The notes below the pieces were generated by a model. That model searched no databases. It was not told the origin of the DNA and saw only the letters and a list, made by a program, of their open reading frames with translations. Shown piece by piece: positions 33,344 to 40,800 of a stretch of DNA of 43,406 nucleotides. The position numbers and the translations under genes were made by a program. The stretch is from an uncultured archaeon (GTDB lineage: Archaea; Iainarchaeota; Iainarchaeia; Iainarchaeales; Iainarchaeaceae). Each line of letters opens with the position of its first letter. Position 1 is the stretch's first letter. The stretch spans positions 1-43,406 of the forward strand of contig CAYJRH010000001.1 in assembly GCA_964372565.1 (NCBI GenBank). Direction: 5' to 3'.

Positions 33344-34470
33344 TGGGCAAAGGGTTTCCGGCTGCGCTGCTGCTGCCGCTTGTGGTTGCGGCTTTTGCAT
33401 CAGGATGCGCATCGCAGGAAAGCGGGGGCTTTTCCATGGAAGTCGACAAGAGCGCGGCGCTGAGCGGCGAGGAAATCAATGTTTTGGCGTTTGCAAACGG
33501 TTACTCGAACGCTGAAAAAATTGCGCTGGAATACGGGAATGAAAAAACGGAGTTCGCGTGCGGCACCGAAAAAATCTGCAGGGCGTCGGTTTCTTTCAGG
33601 CCGGGCGCAGGCGTGTATTTAATCAAAGCGACATTGCTCGGCAGAAGCGGCATCATGGGCGAAAAATCCGAAAGGATTGTCGTGGTTGATAATGCAACTG
33701 CCGGGTGCGTGAACGGCGCTGAATATGGCAAATGCGCTTCGCAGAGGCCGCTCTATTGCGACAACGGGAAGCTCGTGGACAACTGCGAATTGTGCGGGTG
33801 CAGCCAAGGCCATTATTGTTCCGGCGCAAAGTGCCTGCCGCATGCGGGAAATGCGGAAATTGTAAACGTCGGTTATCCGGAAAGGGCGCTTGCAGGCAAA
33901 GCATTCACGGTGCGCGCAATCATCAAGCCCGATGCCAATAGCCCTGAAGGCGCGGGGTTTGAGCCGGAGCTTATAATTGGCGGAAAAAGTTACGCTTCCC
34001 CGGCAAAAAAAGTTGCGGGCGCAAACGGCGAACTGGAGGCGATGTTTGAAGGGGTGTATATTGCCAGCGAGGGGAAATATGGCATAGAATTGAGGGTTTA
34101 CGCGCTGAACGCGCAGAAAGAGCTTGCCGGAACCTGGTCGAAAAAGGATGCAGTGAATGTGCTTGCAAGCTTTCCCCCGCCTGCCGCGCCTAGCCTGCTC
34201 TCCGCTTTTGCCGAAGGCGATGACGTTGTGCTGAGCTGGGAAACGGTTGAGGGCGCGGCGGGATACAAGCTTTACAGGAGCGTAGATGCGAATCCCGCTT
34301 ACATAGCCTACAAATATGACAGGCCTTTCAATGGAAGCGATGCTTCGGGCGTGGTGAATAACATGGCTGCGGGAACGCATTTTTTTGTGCTGACAGCAAT
34401 TGACGAGTTCGGGCAGGAAAGCGGCTACAGCGAGGTTAAATCGGCAACAATCGGCGGCGGAACAGGTTAA
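33334..34470 (+). CDS. surface lipoprotein-like protein with a Cys-rich module and C-terminal fibronectin type III-like domain
   Basis: LLLPLVVAAFASGCASQ is lipobox-like. CVNGAEYGKCASQRPLYCDNGKLVDNCELCGCSQGHYCSGAKC carries 8 Cys. PAAPSLLSAFAEGDDVVLSWETVEGAAGYKLYRS...GTHFFVLTAIDEFGQES is FN3-like. Confidence 0.7.
   Translation: MELMGKGFPAALLLPLVVAAFASGCASQESGGFSMEVDKSAALSGEEINVLAFANGYSNAEKIALEYGNEKTEFACGTEKICRASVSFRPGAGVYLIKATLLGRSGIMGEKSERIVVVDNATAGCVNGAEYGKCASQRPLYCDNGKLVDNCELCGCSQGHYCSGAKCLPHAGNAEIVNVGYPERALAGKAFTVRAIIKPDANSPEGAGFEPELIIGGKSYASPAKKVAGANGELEAMFEGVYIASEGKYGIELRVYALNAQKELAGTWSKKDAVNVLASFPPPAAPSLLSAFAEGDDVVLSWETVEGAAGYKLYRSVDANPAYIAYKYDRPFNGSDASGVVNNMAAGTHFFVLTAIDEFGQESGYSEVKSATIGGGTG
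34408..34470 (+). repeat. left copy of the 63-nt duplication (the functional 3' end of the 33334-34470 gene)
   Basis: TTCGGGCAGGAAAGCGGCTACAGCGAGGTTAAATCGGC (38 nt) is identical to 35234-35271. Overall identity is 54 of 63. It encodes FGQESGYSEVKSATIGGGTG*. Confidence 0.9.
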
Positions 34471-34527
34471 TGCAGAAAATCTCGCCGGATAACATCAATC
34501 TTAGAGAAATGTTTAAATAAACTATTG

Positions 34528-34539
34528 TATCAATTGATA
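34528..34539. promoter_or_regulatory. perfect 12-bp palindrome TATCAATTGATA between the TATA box and the start of the cassette operon
   Basis: The order is GTTTAAATAA (34511-34520), palindrome (34528-34539), ATG 34551. This is the classic operator position for an autoregulated TA operon. Confidence 0.4.
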
Positions 34540-34550
34540 TAAGTGATTTC

Positions 34551-34841
34551 ATGGGTAAAACAGCCGCGATTTTCAAACAGGAAAACATTCTCCGCTACCC
34601 CAGACTAGATACTGTCCTCATGGTGGAAGAAGCCATCAGAAATGCCAAGGATTACCCAACCAAAGCCAGGCTCTGGAAAAGCCTCCCAAAAAAAATGATG
34701 TACCAGACATTCAATACTATAATTGACTATCTTGAATACTCCGGCAAAATACTTATGGAAAAGGATGGTGCCATAATCTGGATATGGGACCCTGAAGGAG
34801 TGAGAAAACTTCTAGCCAAGAAGCATCTGGTGATTCGGTGA
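34551..34841 (+). CDS. small wHTH-like protein; putative antitoxin/regulator of the cassette
   Basis: 96 aa: ...RYPRLDTVLMVEEAIRNAKDYPTKARLWKSLPKKMMYQTFNTIIDYLEYSGKILMEKDGAIIW. It overlaps the next ORF by GTGA. The specific family is not recognised with certainty. Confidence 0.55.
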   Translation: MGKTAAIFKQENILRYPRLDTVLMVEEAIRNAKDYPTKARLWKSLPKKMMYQTFNTIIDYLEYSGKILMEKDGAIIWIWDPEGVRKLLAKKHLVIR

Positions 34842-35190
34842 AGCAAGAAACTAGGAGAATCATCGTGCTTTTCGTTGATGATAAAACGAAGGAAGCTTAT
34901 GACAAGCTCAAAAGCGGCAAGTTTGAAGACCGCGAATTGTATGACTTCATTAACCGGGCAATAGATGACCTGAAAAAGAACCCGCGCATCGGAATCCCCC
35001 ATTGCCAAAATACAAAATCCCAAAAGAATACATCCAAAAATACGGAGTCAATAACCTCTACAAATATGACTTGCCTAACGGCTGGCGGCTTATCTACACG
35101 CTCAAAGGGAGCGAAGTGGAAATACTCTCAGTAATCCTGGAATGGTTTGACCACAAAAACTATGACAGGCGATTCGGATACAAAACGTAG
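34838..35190 (+). pseudogene. RelE/ParE-like toxin gene split by a 1-nt frameshift next to a C5 run
   Basis: Frame A (34838-...) reads ...AIDDLKKNPRIGIP. Frame B (35002-35190) reads PKYKIPKEYIQKYGVNNLYKYDLPNGWRLIYTLKGSEVEILSVILEWFDHKNYDRRFGYKT, a RelE-like C-terminal core (..WRLIY......V.I......H..Y). The frames meet at ATCCCCCATTGCC (34994-35006). Confidence 0.65.
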
Positions 35191-35233
35191 CTGAATGCGT
35201 ACAAGGGCGGCTAAGTCAAAAAGGCGGTTTGAT

Positions 35234-35296
35234 TTCGGGCAGGAAAGCGGCTACAGCGAGGTTAAATCGGCTTCAATCGGAAATGCGACAGGCTAA
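35234..35296 (+). repeat. right (displaced) copy of the 63-nt gene-end duplication
   Basis: It would encode FGQESGYSEVKSASIGNATG*. No upstream ORF is attached to it. Confidence 0.9.
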
Positions 35297-35334
35297 CCAG
35301 AAGACGTTTCAGTAAAATTCAAAGGACAATTGAC

Positions 35335-35544
35335 TCACTTAGCCAGCACTGAAAAAAGTTCTTTTTCCGAAACAAAATTACCATTCTTGATGCCTTGCCT
35401 TATATTTTCCAGTTCATTAAGTTCCTTCTTGCCCAGTTTCACTTCTGGCACTAGCCTTTTTTCGATATGTGAAATCTTTTCCTCAATCCTGGAAATCTTC
35501 CTGTAAATGTTCTGAAGAACAACGCTTTGCGCCAACCAAATCAC
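35335..35544 (-). CDS. small coiled-coil protein, antitoxin-like, no adjacent toxin
   Basis: 69 aa: ...RIEEKISHIEKRLVPEVKLGKKELNELENIRQGIKNGNFVSEKELFSVLAK. It resembles short archaeal antitoxin-type proteins. The family was not verified. Confidence 0.4.
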   Translation of the reverse strand: MIWLAQSVVLQNIYRKISRIEEKISHIEKRLVPEVKLGKKELNELENIRQGIKNGNFVSEKELFSVLAK

Positions 35545-35744
35545 CCTAATTAATTATGGCGCGCAGAAATATAAAAACCACTCGCCAAATGCGCGAAAAA
35601 CCGGCAGGTATGAGGCCCATTTTTCAGGTATTTAACCAGTTTTCTGGCAATGCCAGGCTCCAGCCGAATTATACGGCAATCCCACCCCCTCAGTATAATA
35701 ATATAAATGTGGGAAGTATTACAGAAGAAAAGAAGCGTGGTAAA

Positions 35745-37850
35745 ATGGGATTCCTGGACTCTATTGTGCGCGGCCTGAACGAGTTTTTCGCCCCGAAAAA
35801 GGCCCAAAAAAAGGAATTGCAGGGCACGAATCTGAAAAAGAGCGCCGCGCTACAAATCAGGGAGGAGCTCAAGGCGTTCCCGAAGAGGGGCCGGCTTCCC
35901 GGCGAGGAACTTGGCGAGGAGTTCGGGGAAGCGCCAGATGTTTCCGGCGGCATTGAAAGGCAGCCAATGTTACAGGTGGCTGAGGAGTTTGGGGACATCG
36001 GGGAAAGAAAAGATGCCGGCATTTTTTTTGAGAGGAGGAAAAAGGGTACGCGTAAGCCGCGCATGAAAAAGCGCCCCGGAAAATTCGGCCGCGGAATGCG
36101 GAAACCGGCACATGGCAAGCCCCGCGGAAAATCGGCGGTGCGTGGGCCATCGGCAAGGCGCTTGCATGCGGGGCGAGGCGTTCCGGCAAGGCGGGCGCAG
36201 GCGGGGCGCGGCGCGGCAGAAGTTATTCAGGCCGAAGGCTACGGGCTGTCCGCCGCGAAAAGGCGGGTGCTGGAAAAGGAAATGGAAAAGTACAAATCAG
36301 TCGTGCGCAGGCTGAGGCGCGATGTGAGGCAGCTGAGGCAGGAGATTTCCACGCAGAAAGTGCAGCCCCATGAGGCGCTTGGCGGGGTGCAGAACCTTTA
36401 CGGCGAAATCAAGTCACAGGGCACCGACATTGACCGCGACATAAAGAACACGAAATCGCTCATGGACTTTTTGGAGAACAGCTTCCTCACTAGGAAAATC
36501 GACGAGCGCGCTTTCAGGGAAAAGATGCAGGAGTACAACGAGAAGCTGCACCTGCTCTCCATACAGAAGAAGGACCTTGATTCGCAGAAGAATGAGCTGC
36601 GCGTGACATCGGAAAAAATCCCCACAAAAACGCCTGTCACGCTCGACATTATCGCGCGGACAAAGGATTTGGAGAGCCTGATTGCGAGGCACGAGGCGGC
36701 GATTGAGAGGATTGAAGGAACGCGTGGCGCTCTGCGTGAGATGCCGGCGCAAACGGTTATTATTGCGCAGCCGCGGCAGGTTTACGCCCAGCTGCCTGAG
36801 GCCGGCCAGAGGAAGCCATGGAGCTTTTTCGGCTTTGGCCAGAAGCCTTTGGAAGGCGCGGAACAGCCTCCTGCGGAAAAATACCCTGAGGCTCCGGGTG
36901 AACAGCCAGATACTGGGACAGCTGAGCCGCAGCCAGCAAAGCATGCGGAAGAAATGAAATCTCCGGCAGCTCCGGCGAAAACAGGGGGCGCTTCGAAAAA
37001 AATTGCGCAGAAACAACCTGCCGCATTTGGCGGAAGAAAGCCCGCGAGAATCCTGCCGCCCGCTCCCGCGGCCAAATCGGCAGGAGCCGCGGAAAAATAT
37101 TTCCCGCGTTTCAAGGAATCGGAACTCGGCACGCCGTCATTAACCGCAAAGCCGCGGCCAGCTTCTTCAAAAGCAAAACCTGTTATGCAGGAGGCGGAAG
37201 AACCGCAGAAACAAAAGGCGCCCCTCAGATTTTTCGGGAAGCCTGATAAACCAAGAACGGATACTGAGCGGGTGGATGATTTCATTGCGCAAAGTGTCGG
37301 CCCCGGGACAAGCCTGGAGAGGGTAACCGAACTCAACAGGAAAATCGGGGATCTCATGCAGAAGTATGACATTTCAGAGGAGGCGCTCGAGGCAAGGCTG
37401 GCAATCGCGAGGCAGGAAAGCAAGGGCGATATAATCGATTCGATGAACAGGCTTGTCGGGCTTATCGAGGCGGAAAGGAGGCAGGGCGAGCAGAAGACGG
37501 AAAGGATTGAAACCGCCATGAGGTTTACCGAGGCGACGGCTGTCCAGGAGGAGGCCAAGGGGGTGGAGACTGAAATAAGGAAAAACGTCATAGTAACCGA
37601 TTTTGACAAGGTGTATTCTATGGTTCAGGGGTCGGGGAGAATCGGCGTCAATGAGATTTCCAGGCAACTCGGGATTCCCAAGGGCAAGGTTGAGGATTGC
37701 CTTAATGTGCTCAGGAGAGAGAAGCAGGTGGAGGTCATCTATCCCGCATTCGGGGACGCGGTCGCGGAAACCATGGATTACCGCATCAGGGCGGAGCTGG
37801 AGAAATTGAAGAAGAAAAAGGAGCAGGCAATGAAAGGGGAGATAAAATGA
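35745..37850 (+). CDS. 701-aa low-complexity/coiled-coil protein with C-terminal winged-helix domain, translationally coupled to the pilus ATPase
   Basis: ATG 35745 is preceded by TATAATAATATAAA (about 35692-35706). The protein has an Arg/Lys/Gly-rich stretch (RRKKGTRKPRMKKRPGKFGRGMRKP...), two coiled-coil segments and a Pro/Ala-rich linker. The C-terminus IGVNEISRQLGIPKGKVEDCLNVLRREKQVEVIYP is wHTH-like. Its stop overlaps the next start (ATGA). Confidence 0.65.
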   Translation: MGFLDSIVRGLNEFFAPKKAQKKELQGTNLKKSAALQIREELKAFPKRGRLPGEELGEEFGEAPDVSGGIERQPMLQVAEEFGDIGERKDAGIFFERRKKGTRKPRMKKRPGKFGRGMRKPAHGKPRGKSAVRGPSARRLHAGRGVPARRAQAGRGAAEVIQAEGYGLSAAKRRVLEKEMEKYKSVVRRLRRDVRQLRQEISTQKVQPHEALGGVQNLYGEIKSQGTDIDRDIKNTKSLMDFLENSFLTRKIDERAFREKMQEYNEKLHLLSIQKKDLDSQKNELRVTSEKIPTKTPVTLDIIARTKDLESLIARHEAAIERIEGTRGALREMPAQTVIIAQPRQVYAQLPEAGQRKPWSFFGFGQKPLEGAEQPPAEKYPEAPGEQPDTGTAEPQPAKHAEEMKSPAAPAKTGGASKKIAQKQPAAFGGRKPARILPPAPAAKSAGAAEKYFPRFKESELGTPSLTAKPRPASSKAKPVMQEAEEPQKQKAPLRFFGKPDKPRTDTERVDDFIAQSVGPGTSLERVTELNRKIGDLMQKYDISEEALEARLAIARQESKGDIIDSMNRLVGLIEAERRQGEQKTERIETAMRFTEATAVQEEAKGVETEIRKNVIVTDFDKVYSMVQGSGRIGVNEISRQLGIPKGKVEDCLNVLRREKQVEVIYPAFGDAVAETMDYRIRAELEKLKKKKEQAMKGEIK

Positions 37851-40800
37851 CCGACAAGCTGTTCAAGGAATACACCGTTGAAACCGAGGGCATAACCGTA
37901 GGCGTGAAAATCGTTTACAGGGAGGGGGAATTCGTAAAAGCCTATATCCTTGACATTCCTGAATACGGGGCGGGAACGCGGGCGCTGCTCGAGAACCTGA
38001 AGCGGCAAATAATAATGGACGCCAATGTGAAGGCCGAGAAGCTGCTTGACCCGAAATTCATAGAAATCCTCAAGCAGCAGTTCAGGGAGAAGGCTGATGC
38101 CATTCTGAAGCGCGAGCTCCCGAAAATCGAGGCGCACACAAAAGGCTCGCTCATAGGCATACTCATCCACGAAATGCTCGGCCTCGGAAAAATAGAGTTT
38201 TTGCTCGCGGACGGCAACCTCGAGGAAATTGTAATTAACAATGCCTCCGAACCCGCGTGGGTTTACAGCAAGGAATTCGGCTGGCTGAGGACAAACGTGA
38301 ACATTGAATCCGAGGAAATGATACAGAACTACGCCAACATAATCGCGAGAAGGGGAGGGAAGCAGATAACAGTGCTCACGCCCCTGCTTGACACCCATCT
38401 TGTGACGGGCGACAGGGCAAACGCAACGCTCTTCCCGATAAGCGGGAAGGGAAACACGCTCACAATCAGGAGGTTCAGGAGAGACCCTTGGACAGTGACC
38501 GACCTCATAAACAACAAGACCGCAAACAGCGATGTAATGTCTTTGGTCTGGCTGTGCATCCAATATGAGATGAACATGATACTCTCAGGGGGAACAGCTT
38601 CGGGAAAGACAAGCTTCCTGAACGTGTGCCTGCCGTTCATACAGCCGAACCACCGCGTGATAACAATCGAGGACAGTGTTTCCGGAGAAAGCGAAATTCT
38701 ATATGAGCATGAAGGCCATGTTGTGAAATCAACGGTTGGGGAATTGGTTGACGGCATAATCGAGGATGATACGCTAGGCGATTGTGTTGTTGAAAACGAT
38801 TATGGCATAAAAATCCCGAGCGCCACAAGAGAGGGCAAGGTCGAGTGGAGAGAACCGAGCCATTTCATAAGGCACCATGTGAAGAAGGATTTGCTGAAAA
38901 TAACCCTAAAGAGCGGAAGAATTGTTGAAGTCACGCCGGATCACTCGTTGTTTGGCATCGGCGATGATTGCATCCTAAGCCAAATCAGCGGCTCGGAGTT
39001 AAAGGAAGGCTCTTGGCTCGCGACCCCAAGAGAACTTGAATGGGCTGGGGAAAAAGTTGTTTTCAGGCTCAATGAACACATCAGCGCCTTTGAAGGCTGC
39101 TTTGTGAAAAGCGTCGAAATCAAAAATCTTATCATGGAAAACAAAGCATTGCTGGCCCAGCATTATTCACGCAACACAATACAGGCAAATTCAAGAAGAG
39201 GGGTGGCTTCCACCGAAATGATTTTGACGCTCCAGAAGGCGCCCACAACCGGATGGATTACATCAAGGCTCGGCACAAAAATACCTATGGAAATTGAGGT
39301 GGACAATGACCTTGCTTGCTTTGCTGGCCTGTGGCTTGCGGATGGGTGTTATGACAAGAACAGCGTACTGGTCTCGGTTGTTGAGGAAGAGGCAAGGGAT
39401 GTGGTGCGCAGGGTTGCTGCAAGGTTTGGCACTGAACCAAAAATGCACTCTGATGGCGTAACACTGATGGTTAACTCCAAGCCTTTCAAGCGCCTCATGG
39501 AAAATGTCCTCGAGCTTAAGGGCAACGCATACACCAAAAAGATGCCTGGGTGGTGCTTCAGGCTTGGCAAAAAAGAACTTGCATCACTTCTGAGCGGATA
39601 CTTTTCAGGCGATGGATGGGTGAGGAAGAATGATATTGCAATAGTTTCGTGCTCTGAACAGCTGCTAAAGGATACACAGACCGCACTGCTAAGGTTCGGC
39701 ATACCATTTCGAATAAGCTGGAAAAAGCGCAAGGACAAAACCTATGAGGCTCGCGTTTCCGGCACCGAATTCCTGAGGAAATTCCTCCAAGAAATAGGTT
39801 TTGTGATAAACAAAAAGAACGCCGCATCAGAAAAATGGCTCACGCAGAATAGCCACGATGTTTCAGATGTCATACCGCTGCCAAAGAAATTCTACAAAGA
39901 GATAAAAAAAGCAAGGAAAGTGGAGGTCGGAACCGGCCTCACTTACAATAGCTGGAAAAGCTGGAGCTCGGCTTACATGAAGGAAAATATTGGAAGGAAC
40001 ACGCTGCAAAAATTTGTGCGCACTTACGGGAATTCCCTGCCAAAGGAGCTTGAGACTGCGGCTTTCGGCGACATTTTTTGGGACAAGGTCATAGCAATTG
40101 AAAGAAGGGGATTCGAAGGGTTCGTATATGACTTCAGCGTGCCGGGAAACGAGAGTTTCGTATGCAATAATATAATATGCCACAACACTCGCGAACTTAT
40201 TTTGCCGGATTTTTTGCACTGGGTTCCTATGACCACGAGGGAGCCTAATGCTGAAGGAAAGGGCGGGGTGTGCCTCTACCCGGGAAATTGGGTAGTGCTT
40301 GGCAACGGCGAAATAAGGGAAATATCAGAATATGCAGAAGAAAAGCTCAAAGCCGGTGAGAAATTCAAGCCAGAAAGCAATGTTACTTGTGTGATGGGGG
40401 ATGAAACGCTCCTTGCCGGAGACCCCGAAAAAATGAGTTATAGAAATGAAAAAATAGCTACGGTATCAAAAGTGACTGAGAGGGAATTCATCTGCTCGGT
40501 CAAATGCCAGAATGGGGAGAGCGCAGTGTTGACAGAGAATACTAGGCTTCCGGTGGTGGGAGAAAAAGGTGAAGTGGAATTGCTTTTGCCAAAGGAAATA
40601 AAGGCAGGAAAATATTACCTCCCGGTATTCACAAAGATAGATGTCGAAGGCTCTTTGCAGGAAATAGACGCAATTGAAATATACTCGAAAGGAAATTATT
40701 ATACCCTTGATGTTTTCCCTGAATTTGAAAAAATGGTTGCAGAGGCAAAAGAGAGGGGGGGAACACTCAAAAGCATTGCAGCACAGGCAGGCATCTCTAG

